Both the position numbers and the translations under genes were made by a program. Positions 35,511-49,440 of a stretch of 64,000 nucleotides of DNA are shown one piece after another (within the stretch, counting starts at the first letter, position 1; every line of letters starts with the position of its first letter). The notes beneath the pieces were generated by a model that saw only the letters and a program-made list of their open reading frames with translations, was not told where the DNA came from and ran no database searches. This stretch comes from Mytilus edulis. Lineage: Eukaryota. The stretch is from contig NC_092349.1 of assembly GCF_963676685.1 (NCBI RefSeq), positions 76,034,473 through 76,098,472 on the forward strand, given 5' to 3'.

Positions 35511-38054
35511 TGTGTCGACCAAGATTTCAGTCAAGATGCGTTTGAACCAACTTTGTATAGTGCTTTTTGCTGAAATAATCACTTTTCATTTTATACTTTT
35601 TTACTGATGTTTTTGAATAAATTCAATGATTACTGTTGCATATATAAATTAATCTTTAAAAATAAAAATATGACACTTACTCGAAACGAATATCTTTTTT
35701 TTCTGATTGGCGCATGCGTATGAGGCAAACATTTCGAATTTATTTTGCGCCTATTTGATTACCACATCAAGTTAACAGTTGCTCTCAGCAGTGCAAAGTA
35801 AGTATATTTTCATATATTGTTTGATTTAATAATAGTTATATGAAAACTTAATGTATGCAATACTGTGGCTGTAATTTTATGAGTATAGTGATCATTTAAG
35901 CAGTTCAGATATAATGTATAATTATACACGTAGTTCCAGATAAAACGCACACAATGTGTTTAAATCTCGGAGGAACAACAAGGTTGACCTTAAGATATAT
36001 GTGTTCATTTATTGGTTGAGGCAACTTATTATGTAAAGACTTGAAAAAAGGGGAGTACGTGTGTTTATGAACAATGATTTGGTAATTTACAGCGTTGAAA
36101 AGCGTATGGCAAAGAATTATATTATTGCAGATATTGGTTTATAATATATCTTGGAACTTTGGATAGAATTAAAGAATTTATTCGTCTGGCAAATAAGAGT
36201 AATCAGTTATTGAAGTTACATATGTGATCGCGAACTAGTTCTTTTACATGTTTTATGTGTTGATATGATTATAAAAGTCAACGATTTACAACACATGGCA
36301 TTCCTGACCTTGCAACACATTTAAAACAAACAAACCCTTTTCTCTGGGTCAGAATAGATGTCACTCAAAGCATGTATTCCTAGGATGCAATATGGCAGAA
36401 ATTAAGAAACACGTGTGACCATAACAAATTAATACACAATGACCTGACCAATTTTGAAGTGGTTTATATGAAAACGTCTAAAAAGATGCGTTATCAATTA
36501 ACCATAGTGTCATTATTACAGCACAAAACATTCAAGGTAATAAAGATATTTCTATAGTTTAAATTCACTTTTAATATCTAAGCTTAATCCATATACATGC
36601 AAATCACCCCGTATAACCCCGATACAAATGAATCCGGACGTTTACGCGTTCGAAGCGATAATCAGGACAACATTTGGTATGACAACAATTTCGAATGCCT
36701 CTCTAGCACTTATTTGAGTATATGTAAATATGTCAATGTGCATGTTAGTTTATTTATTCAATTATACAGTTGTTGTAAGTTTTAGATATTGCATAGAACG
36801 TTTGATAAAACTGCTAGATGCAAAACGCACAGACATGGTGCAATTTCATACGTTTTATGAGGTAAACAATGCTGAATATCTTTTCGTGCATACACCTTTG
36901 CATATTAATACCTTAAGCAATAATAAATAACTATACGTTGAATTACTACGTGTCTTCAAATGTTCCCTAGAACTTAGAATAAACGCAATATCATACTAAA
37001 TAAATTTTCTCTTACTGTATTGTTCGTTCAATCAAATGTGTCGCGTTCGTTGTGCGTTTTTTTTTTTAAATAATCACTATACAGTTCGTTGACAAAAACC
37101 GTCACAAATCACTTTCTTGTCAAGGTATTCGAGATGGTGTCGGCGACCCTTTTTCTGTATTTTATTGTAAATGTTTATCTTAATCAAAGTAGTTTAACTT
37201 AAAATATCTGTCATCCAAAGCCAAAATTGCAATATTTAACCAGCGTGACATCTGATAGGAATGCTTCTATTGAAAATTGGGACTTTCAACGTTATTCCAG
37301 ATGAAATGAACAGTTAATAAATATATTCCAGTAGAAATTTTATAGTTGATTTTCAGCACTTTTTATAGTTGGTTTTGGTGTTGTTTTTGGGGTTGGACTA
37401 ACTCGACTTGGTTTAGCTAGAGGTTGGATGAAACTTTGTATATTTAGATAACCAGTACTTTTTATGCTGTTCGTGTTTAGGACTCGTCTGGATCATACCA
37501 CAAGGGTTTCAGAAATAGTACCTTTACCTTTAAATAAAAACACAAAGTTCTGTTCAGCTGGAATTTACAGATCTGTTTTAATTATTATAATACAATACAA
37601 AACATCAAATTAAAATACAAATTAAAAATAGTGATAATTAACAAATACAATAAAGTTGTAAATAAATCAAATGACATTGAATAATTTAAGTTTTCCGTTA
37701 AATTGATAAAGTTAAACGAGTACATTGATTCTATTTTCGGATAACAGTTTAAAAATTTACTTTTAACCACAGATTCTTTCTCAATTAAATTGATTAAGTC
37801 GTTACCAAAAATGTATAAAGTTTACTAACCTTTAAATAAAAACACAAAGTTCTGTTCAGCTGGAATTTACAGATAGTATTCCAACTGAACAAACTTGTTT
37901 ATATAGTCCCGGAGAAATTATCCCATTATTCAAATAAAGTCATAAATGTCGGTACTTAACTTTTGCAACTTTGAAGTGACCGATGAATTACCCTTATTAA
38001 AAGTCTTAACTCCCCCAATACACTTAAAAGTAACATGTGTCATGGTGTTTATGT

Positions 38055-39038
38055 CGGCGTTTTGCATTTGCGCCGATCTGCATTTCATTTGCGCCGATTT
38101 TTTCTTTCATTTGCGCCGATTTTTCTTTTCATTTGCGCCGATTTTTTTACAGGTAAATAACAGGTAAATTACAGGTGAAATGATATAAGAGGATGTGGTA
38201 TGAGAGCCAATGAGACACCTCTCCATCCCAGTAATGTTATTTTCATTTATCATTAAAGACTTCTTCCGTTAGCCAGTTGTACATGTGTTATGAATTGTCA
38301 ATCATAACATGTATACAACTGTTGTCTCCTGCTTAAAATCAAGAAGTAAAAAACCTAAGATAAAAGAACTTTGTTGATACTAAAATGACGAATTAAAAAT
38401 ATATGTAGCAGCATTTAAATCCATAAAAACGGAATACATTCAAATCATAAATCTGTTCTTGCCGAGTATGTATAGGCAACACATCTAATGTATCCCTTTC
38501 TTATGATTTCGTCTCTATTTCTTCTATATTTGGCAAAATTGTCGATGACGAAGGTCTCTTTTTTTTTGTCTGGCATACGTACTTGTGGGGACATTTCTAG
38601 AGTTTGCATTTTCTCACAAGGAAGCTATTAAACCAAGAGTTCCAAATGGTGAAGTTGAAATAATCCCTTCTTTAATTTATGGACGCCATCACGAATTGGT
38701 TGACCGTTATGGAATGTGTACTTGTACGTTGTCTAAGAATGTATGACATTTGCCATCAGAAGGAGCGTCAGACAATGTCAAACGTGAAGCAGTCATCGAT
38801 TTCATTTAGGGAAAGGAACCGTAACCCGAAACATTGGGATAGCCATTTACCATGCAATTGCAATGTCACTTGATTTGTCTGTATACTCTGTGCTCAGCCA
38901 ATGTAAAAGTATGAACTTACCTGTAACTTACCTGTAAATCCAATTAAGAAAAAATATAAAATCGGCGCAAATGAAAAAATGAAATCGGCGCAAATGAAAG
39001 AATGAAAATTTTCAAAATCGGCGCAAATGTCATACGCC
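38055..39038. mobile_element. Non-autonomous DNA transposon (MITE-like, 984 bp). About 110-bp complex TIRs with subterminal catttgcgccgat repeats (x4 left, x3 right inverted) and acaggtaa/ttacctgt. 8-bp TSD GTTTATGT (38047-38054 and 39039-39046)
   Basis: Paralogous uninterrupted site at 45023-45030 (ggtgtttatgtaacatggtcattc) shows the exact empty target. 8-bp TSD is consistent with hAT or P superfamilies. Internal ORF 38679-38873 is not transposase-like. Confidence 0.75.
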
Positions 39039-40029
39039 CGTTTATGTAACATGGTCATTCAGTTATCTGAATGTAGTGTTTATTCACATCATAAACCCCA
39101 CTGGCTAAATTTGTACATGGTCAATAAAATTTTATACATGGTCATTTATCTGAACAAGTGCAACTAAACTATGATTACATTATACTTCAAACTTTGAAGT
39201 ATTTTTAATGAAAATCTCTCTATAATAATACTCCCCCACTCCATTTAATTTTGGAGCTCCAAAATTTTAGATAAAAAATCAACAACACAAATAATTGAGA
39301 TTATTATGTAGGAATAAAAAAATGAAGCATATAAAAGAAAACTATATGTTTTATTCTTAAATTTTTTTTAAAGATTGCGCTTCGAAACATATGGAATAAG
39401 TCTTATTTCTTTTGATGTTATATATATATATATATGAGATGACTGATTGCCTTTTAATTGTTCTTATTCGTGACTTTATATGACCATTTACATGTAGTAT
39501 TTTATTTGCAGCTTATTCTTTTTTTTATATAAAAAAATAAAAACCCAATTTTAGTCTTAAATATTTTTCATTTACAAAAATATCTTTATTCTTTATCATA
39601 AGCATGATAAGAGAGTTGGTGTTTTAATCAATATTATTATTATCGTTTCTGTATTACTTTTGTAGTAAGCCCTCTTTTCTTGGTAGTCTGCTCGAACTCC
39701 AAACATACCCGAGTCATTTACTCTCTCTTTGGAGTATGCTCATTTTCCTGGGTATTTTGCTCCGACTGCAGAACTACTGCAAGACATAAGCTCATTTTAT
39801 ATTTTATCACTTTAGTCAAATATGCTGTCTGTTTTACAATGGTTAGTTTACTAAAACATCTGATTACAGTTAAGATTTTGCATTACATGGATAAGGATTT
39901 GCCTATGCTAGAATAATAGTATGTTTGCTACAATCAAGGTTTTACATGAAGACTAGCTAGGTCAACATATTTAACAATAATTTAATTAGTGAATCAGCAA
40001 AATTAAATTCTTATGATTAAACTAACATT

Positions 40030-40678
40030 CAATTATTGCACACATTTTGTATAACTTTATGTTTTTAAAATATTCACAGAATAATTGTAAGTCTGAATGG
40101 GTTATGTTTATAAAAAATATTCTCGATACATGTGGTTATAGTAATATCTGGTTAGCACAAACTGGCTTTAGCACAAAATGGCTAAGTAATAGTTTAAAAC
40201 AGAAACTATTTGATCAATTTCAACAGAACTGGCGTTCAGATATATGTAATTCGTCAAAAGGTTATCATATCGATTATATAAGGATAAGTTTGAATTCGAA
40301 AAATATTTAGATATATTACCAGATAGAGATAGGGTCACATTTTGTAGATTTAGAACTGGTAATCATAGATTACCAATTGAAACTGGAAGATGGATAGGTT
40401 TAGATAGAGAAATGAGATATTGTAATGTATGTCAATGTCAAGAATTAGGTGATGAATTTCACTTTCTTTTGAATTGTAGATCCTTAGACGACTCAAGAAA
40501 ACTGTTTTTGGATAACTGTTATTGTAACAGAGTAAATATAATTAAATTTTGTAAATTATTCCAAACAACACATAGAAATAAGTTAAAAAATATATGCAAA
40601 TGTATAAAGGTTATAAATTCAGTAGCAGGTCTTCCTGGTTAGCCTTTGTCTATTTGTTTTTCTATTATAATAACTTTT

Positions 40679-40744
<66 letters not shown>

Positions 40745-40881
40745 AATAGTAATTGTAACATTCCTATCTTGTCATGTGCACACTTTATTTTGTATACTAT
40801 GTATTATTATTTCATTCTTTGTACCAATGTGTATACAGTGGTTTTAAAGAATAAAATTGTCTTGTCTTGTCTTGTCTTGGA
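40030..40881 (+). mobile_element. Degenerate 3' fragment of a LINE (ORF2 C-terminus plus 3' UTR), containing (TA)26 and ending in (GTCTT)4
   Basis: ORF 40047-40310 NNCKSEWVMFIKNILDTCGYSNIWLAQ..FDQFQQNW parallels the C-terminus of the minus-strand LINE (YSFKWLSSLKQILDDTGFSFVWNAQ..VDQFGQSL). CNVCQCQELGDEFHFLLNC parallels CCHCDSNTIGDEYHYFFVC. Multiple stops. Confidence 0.7.
40687..40738. repeat. (TA)26 microsatellite within the LINE 3' UTR remnant
   Basis: tatatatatatata... read directly. Confidence 0.95.
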
Positions 40882-41867
40882 ACCATAAAACACATGTTTT
40901 ACTCAACAGTTTTATCGTAATCGCTTTAGAACCATTAAACACTTTAACAATCAACCAAGTTTATGATTATTTTTTTCATGTGCATTTCTCTTAAAATTAC
41001 TATTCATCTATCATGTCTATTAATCTATATTTGTTCCTTATAGGACACTGTACCTTATCTCGACATTTTCTTATGTAGACGTTTTATTCTACATAATATC
41101 AAGTTTTTGAGTCCTTAAACAACCAACCTCTTCTTATAGATTTTTTTTTAATGAACTTTTATCGTTTAAAGGTTAAAGTTCATGGCATTATTTAAAAGTT
41201 CTCATATAAACAAGGATAGTTCTTTCTTTCCTTTTTACGTTTAATGAATTTGAACCGCCTGAACTTAAGCTTCTAAGACATATTACATTTTAATATAGTT
41301 ACTCTAAGTTACTTTCTGGGGTTTTTTTTTTTGCTATTAAGTAAACTAACAATATTTTCTGGTCATCTCATATTTCTTTTTTTTTTATTATCTTTTACAT
41401 CAATTATCATTATTTAGTATCTTATTTGCCATTGACAATTTTCAAAATTAAATGATTTTTTATCAAGACTTTTAATGAAGCTGTTTCAGCACTTATATAT
41501 CATAATTCATACTAGTATTCCGTTTATTTCAATTTAGAGATTCCTTTCAAAATTACCTTTATCAATGACTCAATTTTCAATTTAGCCTTATTCCTACATA
41601 TATTTTTAAACACACTTAAATTTATCTTCTATCTTTTTTTTACCTAATCGCTTATTTATCTACCTTAATTTTAACTTTAACTTTTTTTTTTTGATATTCA
41701 AAATATTTCTTATATTAATGTTAACCTACTTGCTATTTATAACTACAATATTTTTACCATAGAACATACTATACATACACATATCGTGAAACAACAGTTA
41801 AATTTAAAATCCATTGTTTATAATACAAGTCCGAAATTATGTTCCGTCCTGGGCCATCCTTCTCCAA

Positions 41868-44800
41868 GACAAGACAAGACAAGACAATTTATTACAACTT
41901 AGGCACACGTATGGTGCTACAAGAGGATAACAATTATACATTAAAAATTACATACATATAAATACATTTACAAGAAAGTCACACAATAGATTAATAATTG
42001 ATATCATACAATAAAACTGAAATATATTTGGTTGATTTGTTTGCAAAATTCTTAATTGCAACGTGGTTAGAAATTATTGTAACATGCTATGAATTATGAA
42101 AATATTTTTTCAATATGTCTTAGAAACATGCACACTTTTGTTAGCACTGGCACGTTACAGTGTGATAATAGACCAATAAATTTCAATTGGGAAGGATTTT
42201 TTATGTAATATGTAGGTATATACCTTTCTCTTAAAGACATAATTTGTTTATTGGAACATACAAAAAAATAATGATATTCGTCACCAATGGTATTTGAATC
42301 GCAGTGACAGCATATACGATTTTCTCTTGGTGTATTTTTCCATCGACCAACTTCTATAGGGATTTTGATGTTTGAACATCTAAATTTACTGTAGATGTAT
42401 CGATCTGCCACTTTAAGATTGAGTAAATATGGCTCTAAACAAAACATTGTTTTGTATGAAGCATAAAACACACCTCTAGATGAGTTTGTCATATCAGCAG
42501 ATAGGCTCTGTCCGAATTGGTCAACCAATCTCTGTTTTATTTCTTTTTTAATATCCGAACTTTTGATATCACCCTGTGCATTCCAGACAAAAGAAAATCC
42601 TGTATCATCTAAAATTTGTTTCAAGGAAGATAACCATTTAAATGAGTATTGGCCTGAGTTATGTAAGTTATACATTAACTGATACAAGATCCCAGATAAT
42701 TTGTTACTACTGCTTTGCACTAGCCTTGACCAAAAGCATAGTAATTTAGTTTTGATATTAATTTTTAATGGAAATCTGCCAGTTTCCCCATAGACCATAT
42801 AGTTTGGTGTTGTTGATCTAACATTCAGGACTCTTTTTAGGAAACTCAAGTGCACCTTTTCAATCATGTCAACATTTTCATGACCCCAGATTTCCGACCC
42901 ATAAAGCAAAATTGGAGCGACCATACAATCAAATAGTCGAAACTGCAGATCTGAAGGGATGTTTACATTTCTTAACTTATAGTATAATGCATACAGTGCT
43001 TTTTGTGATTGTTCAACAAGTTTTTTCTTTGATAAATTAAAATTACAATTGTATCTTTAATATTAATAATCCCAGGTAATTATAACTGTCGGTGAGCTGT
43101 AACTCCTCGCCCCTTAGCATGAATCTCATATTTCTTTTACGCTTCGCCTTCTCAAACACCATTACTTTTGTCTTATCAATGTTTACATTTAGTTTCCAGT
43201 CAGTACAGTATTCATCAAACTTGTTTAACATTATTTGTAAATCGTTAGCTGATTCTGCCAATAATATTGTATCATCAGCATATAATAGCAAGAAAATTCG
43301 AATATAAATGCCTAGTTCATTTAGACAGTATTCATTTACCTTTTCTAAACCTGTTATATCATGCTGAATAAAATAGCTTTCAAGATCATTAAGGAAAAGA
43401 GAAAAAAGAAAGGGTGATAAGTTTTCACCTTGCCTAACTCCAACTTCGCACGGAAAGAAATTTGAACAACTCGAGTTATGTCTTACACATGATTTGACAT
43501 TAGAATAGAGGTTATAAATAGAGTTAAATATTTTGCCGGTTATGTTACTAGAAATAAGCTTTTGCCACAGTCCTACCCTCCATACAGTATCAAAGGCTTT
43601 CTTGAAATCTACAAATGTACAGAATAAACGTTTTCCAGAGAGTAAATAAAGTTGAATCAAACAGTATAAACTAAATATATTATCAAGTGTGGAGTACCCT
43701 TTCCTAAATCCCGCTTGGCATTTTGAGAGTTATTCTACTTCTTGGGCAAACTTGTCTAGTCTGTTATTTAGTATAGCTGTAAATACTTTACCTAAACATG
43801 ATACCAGTGTAATACCTCGATACGAGTCTGGATCGTTAAGAGCTCCCTTATTCTTATAAATGGAATTAATTATTCCCATTGACCAGATTTCGGGTATAAT
43901 TCCTGTGTCGAATACAAAATTGAACAATTTTACATGAAGAGGTAAACATACAGACATGGAATTTTTAATAAACTCGTTTCTTATTCCATCATATCCAGCG
44001 GCTTTGTTATTTTTTAATTTTTTAATGACTTTGATAATTTCTTCCTCGGTAATAGGCCCATTTAAAATTTCGTCGAACTCATTTAACTCTAGGTTAGGTA
44101 ATTGAAACTCTTCCAACTCATTTGCCACAGTTTCGTTAAGCTTCTTAAAATGTGCATACATTACTTCTAGTGAAATTGGACTTTCCTTTTTTTGTTTCGG
44201 AGAGAATTTATTTAAAACTTTCCAAAATTCTTTTGGGTTATTTGTTGATATATTACGAAGCTCTTTTTCTGTCTTCAACTGATAGTTTTGAAAACATTTG
44301 TTTATTTCTTTTTTGTATTCCTTACTTGCTCTTTTCAGTGAATTCTTATTATTTATACTTTTCTGTTTATTATATTTATATTTAGCCGAGTGAAATTGTT
44401 TTCTTTTCAGCTTACATGATTTATTAAACCATGGTTTATTCCTATTTTTGGCCCCATGATTTTTTTTAATCGGATTTTTATTAGCAAAGGTTCCAAAAGA
44501 ATCCTTAGCTGCCTGCGAGTAAAAATTTGTTAAACTAGTTATAACTCTGTTTATATCATGATTACCTTTTTTTGAGGATTCTATTTCATTACACAAATCA
44601 AGAACTTTTACCTCGTTCTTTCTTATATTTTCGATGAACTTGTGTTTATCCTTTTCAATCCATTTTATTGTCTTCCTTTTATGTGAACTTTTTTCTTTTT
44701 CTATAGTACTCATTTCTCCGTTCTCCGTTCTCCTGTCTCTGTTCTCCTTTCATCATTCTTTGTTATACTTTCTCCGTTCTCCATTCTCCTTTTTTTCGCC

Positions 44801-44960
44801 GTTCGTCTTCAAAATATATTTTCCACAAATCTTTCTTTTCCAATGTCAAGAACACTCGTACGCTAAATATTATCTTCTTTGCTGTTTTGGATTTTCTGCT
44901 ACTTTTAAGCTTCATCCACCGGAAATCGTTTCTTTTCCTCCACCACTTTTTATAGTTGGA
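41868..44960 (-). mobile_element. 5'-truncated LINE (second family): ORF2 split into ORFs 43730-44713, 43043-43660 and 42094-42924, then 3' UTR ending in (GTCTT)n at 41868-41886
   Basis: KAAGYDGI, YRGITLVSCLGKVF, FVDFKKAFDTV, GVRQGENLSPFLF, LLYADDTILL, C-terminal CCHC motif. No recognisable endonuclease domain upstream. Confidence 0.85.
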
Positions 44961-44961
44961 C

Positions 44962-45230
44962 TCCAGCACTTATTAAAAGTCTTAACTCCCCCAATACACT
45001 TAAAAGTAACATGTGTCATGGTGTTTATGTAACATGGTCATTCAGTTATCTGAATGTAGTGTTTATTCACATCATAAACCCCACTGGCTAAATGTGTACA
45101 TGGTCAATAAAATTTTATACATGGTCATTTATCTGGACAAGTGCAACTAAACTATGATTACATTATACTTCAAACTTTGAAGTATTTTTAATGAAAATCT
45201 CTCTATAATAGAAATAAAGTTTCAAAAAGT
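44962..45230. repeat. ~265-bp dispersed repeat (ttattaaaagtcttaactcccccaatacac...ctctataata), empty-site paralog of the repeat that hosts the MITE (37995-38054 plus 39039-39230)
   Basis: Direct sequence match across both flanks of the MITE. Abuts the 5'-truncated end of the minus-strand LINE at ~44960. Confidence 0.7.
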
Positions 45231-48039
45231 ATAGTACAGTCAATAAAACTGTATTGACTTACTTTTCACAATTTGAGACTCTTCCAAATGCCGATATATC
45301 GATGTTGGTCCTATTTCGACTAGACGAAAGCAGACATAGGAACTCGTTGAACTTATTTTGCCGAATGACATAGATGGCATTCCAACTGCTTTATTTTTTT
45401 TATTTATTTTTTTTATATATATAAAGCTTTGTAGATGTGGTGTGATGGCCAGTGAGACAACTTTCCACCAAAGTTTAAATGAAGTGGGTGTATAAAGCAA
45501 TTATTATAGTCCAATGTACAACATTTAACAATACCATAAAGTCGACTAAAAAAGGCCCCGATATAAACAAAAAATTAAAACGATAAAACTAAGTAACGGT
45601 AATATTTTTATAACTTATGAATTATGTATTAAAGAAGAAGACAAAATGACAGATCTATATAACCAACGTACTACAGGCTCCTGACGTTGGACCGACACAA
45701 ACAAATTGCGGCGGGATTAAACACGTGTGACCCCAACCCTCTCCTTAACTTGGGACACTGGTTTAACAGCACAACATGATAAAAAAAACCTGTACAGTTG
45801 CAATTGCTCAAAATGTCGGTACAAGGCAGAAAAACCATATACAATATCGACAAAAGAAGTAATTTTAGTAACTGATAGTTATTTCAAAGCGAATTACAAC
45901 TAAGAGGTAAATCATGTATCTATAGTATTAATCAGTATATATCCAACGCTTTTAGGTAAAGACGACCCATGGACTTGTGCAATGCCAAATATAAACAGTA
46001 TCGAGAGGATGTACAGTATTATGAGTTCTCATAAGTGTGCATATATTGTAATAATGTTAAGTGGTTAACCGGTACAGCACAACTTTCTATATTGTAGCCA
46101 AATTTTTTTAATTCATGAAATAATTTGGTAAAGGATGACTGGGAAATATACTATTAGATATGGTCACTTTGGTTTTTATCCGACCGGCAGTAAAACCTGA
46201 CCGAAGTTGGCCACCCGTTTAGTTGTGTGGGATGTAAAATTACGCAGTCACGTTAAGTCCGAATGGGAATATAAGATCCAATGTCTTGTGTAAAGAGAGT
46301 ACTACGCTAACTACACTGTACGAACCCTGCAAATACTTTATGAGAGGTCCATAAATGACCTGTTGAAAGGCAACATTTGTGTCCTTATTCAATATACCTC
46401 ATTTTATCCAGTGGCAGTCCAAACTTCCCTAACGTAATTCCGGAGGGCCACCTTTCAGGACCTACATGTAGTATGTGTTGCTACTTTGTGCTCATCCTGA
46501 ACATGCATGACATATTTGCAAATAGAACGTTAAGCAACTAACAATCAGCCATTACGTACGCGTGTAATAAACTAAAAAAAGGGTCCAGAAATTGTTCAGT
46601 ACCAACTGCGAAACGTTCCATTTTTTATTGATAACTATTAAGACATGAAAGAAGAAACACAGCAAATGTCTAAAGTTAGGTTGATGATTGATTCTTTGCT
46701 CATCTGCATAATTTACCCATGACGCCAAGGGTAACTGGGGAATATAAATATGGTCCCTTTCAGGTCTTCTCCGAAATAAGTAAAAATTTGAATGAAATGC
46801 ATATGGGTGGGTTTAGACTTTAAGGTGCTTATAATAACCAGAATGACCAATCATTTAGATTTTGGCACCACAGTAGAAAGACTGTAATATTCGAGGAAAT
46901 TAAGCATAATCTTTATACCTTAAAAATTGAACAAACAAAAAACATAATTGAAAAAGCAAACCAGTTATAGTTAACAATTATATCTTCATCTTTATATCTT
47001 CACATAAAAGTAGCTGTATTACTATTGATGGCTATCAGTTACATGTTTATTGTATAAACATATTCTTTAGCTTTAATGTAACTCTATTGTAATCTATGAC
47101 CCCTAGGACCCGCTTCTGAGATTCAGTCCAAAAGGCTTAACCTATAATCCATTAATTGTTTTTGATTGCCGTCTATATAAAAAAATGTGGTATTGAAACA
47201 ACTTTTTCGCAAGAGACCAAACGAAACAAAAATGAACAACTATAGCTCACCGTACCGCCTTCAACAATGAACAAAGCCCATACCGCATAGTCAGCTATAA
47301 AACACACCGAAATGACAAATGTAAAACAATTCATACGAGAAAACTACCGGCCCAATTTATGCACAAAACAGTGAACATAAAAATATATATAACCACTGAA
47401 TTACACGCTCCTGGCTTTAGACTGGCACATACAGAATATGGCGGGATTACACATGTTAGCGGGCACCCAACCCACCACCTAACCGTACATTAAATGTCGT
47501 ATGGTAAAAACTTTCAAAAATGCTATCAAATTAGAAATCGGACGTGTGTATCTGTATGCTTAGCCATATTTGCATCTGTCGAGTTATTGTATTTTCCTAC
47601 CTTTGATAACTATTCCTACCAATTTACACTTTCGTATACATAAGGATTTTTTTACATGTACAAATTTCCTCCAAGAGTGTTTCGACAATCATAACGGATA
47701 TTATGGGTTGCTGTCTGCATGTTATGGTGGGAAATTATTATTTTCATACATGCATATTATTGGTTATAATCATACCAAAGCAAAATTTAATACATGCAAA
47801 ATTCATTGACAAACACAATATTGTGTCAACGAAGCGTACAGTATAAAAAAGTGTAACGACAACGAAGCGTACACAACATGAAAATAAAGACACTTTAAAA
47901 CGTGTATTTTTGTTTGTATCTAGATACAACATAAACAAACGATCTTTATAAGTTTGTTAATTATACTATGAAATTTTCCAAAATGTATGTTTTAAAAACT
48001 ATGAGGTACGAGAAACATTAAACTTGCTGCCCTAGAATT

Positions 48040-49440
48040 AGTAATTTTAAGGAAATGTTGCAGTTTTTGGTTATTATCTTGAATATTATAATAGATAGAG
48101 ATAAACTGTAAGCAGCAATAATGTTCAGCAAAGTAAGATCTACAAATAAGTCAACATGACCAAAATTGTCAGTTGACCCATTAAGGAGTTATTGCCCTTT
48201 ATAGTCATTTTTATACGCCCGTCAAAATTTTGACGGGACGTATTATGGTATACAAATGTCCGGTGTCCGTCCGTCTGTCTGTCCGGCGTAAACATGTCGC
48301 ACCGTAACTTAAGGACGACTTTTCTAAATTTCATGAAACTTAATATAGTTGTTTTTTATGATGGTCAAATGATACTTTTTGGTGAAAATAAGATTTAAAC
48401 TTTTTGAGTTACGGCACTTTGTAACTAAAACAGGGGTGTTTTTTTTTCACATGTCGCACCGTATCTCAAAAACGATTCTTGATTATTGCTTAAAACTTTA
48501 CACACTTCTTAGTTATATTAATCTTAATATCTGTATACTTTTTTGTGATGATTCAAAATTTCATTTTTGAGTTATTGAGTATTTTGTAAAAAAGGGGGAG
48601 GGTTTTTTACATGTCGCGCTGTATCTCAAAAACGTTTTATGATTATTGCTTAAAACTTTACACACTTCTTTCTTATATTAATCTAAAGATCTGTATACTT
48701 TTTGGTGATGATTCAAAATTTCATTTGTGAGTTATTGAGTATTTTGTAAAAAAAGGGGAGGGTTTTTTTTACATGTCGCGCCGTATCTCAAAAACAATTT
48801 ATGATTATTGCTTGAAACTGTACACACTTCTTTGTTATATTAATCTAAAGATCTGTATACTTTTTGGTTTGATTCAAAATTTTATTTTAGTGATATTTGA
48901 AAAAAAAAAGACAGGGGGGGGGGGTTCACATGGTAATTGCTTAAACTTTCTCAGAAACTATTATTGCTCTTTACAGTTTATCTCTATCTATAATAATATT
49001 CAAGATAATAACAAATAACAGCAAAATTTACTTAAAATTAACAATTCAGGGGCAGCAACCCAACAAAAGGATGTCCGATTCATCTGAAAATTTCAGGGCA
49101 GATAGATCTTGACCTGATAAATAATTTTACCCATGTCAGATTTCCTCTAAATGCTTTGGATTTTGAGTTATTAGCCAAAAACTGCATTTTACCCCTATGT
49201 TCTATTTTTAGACATGGGGGGCCATCTTGGTTGGTTGGCCGGGTCACGCCACACATTTTTTAAACTAGATACCCCAATGATGATTGTGGCCAAGTTTGGT
49301 TTAATTTGGCCCAGTAGTTTCAGAGGAGAAGATTTTTGTAAAAGTTAACGACGACGGACGACGACGGACGCCGGACGCCAAGTGATGGGAAAAGCTCACT
49401 TGGCCCTTTGGGCCAGGTGAGCTAAAAACGAATGAAAAGA
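48040..49440. mobile_element. Composite: inverted head/body fragment of the same family (48040-48215, minus), central ~160-bp x3.7 tandem repeat (48290-48900), then + oriented body/tail copy (48935-49440) with (GACGRC)n and terminal hairpin
   Basis: The two arms share ~130 bp in inverted orientation (cagtttatctctatct..ataataaccaaaaac). Perfect 20-bp palindrome cccgtcaaaattttgacggg at 48219-48238. Confidence 0.55.

Noticed and set aside
37515-37878. Pair of ~50-bp direct repeats (cctttaaataaaaacacaaagttctgttcagctggaatttacagat) flanking 260 bp
   Set aside because: Probably LTR-like or solo fragments of a small element, but no further structure (TSD, PBS, coding) could be supported.
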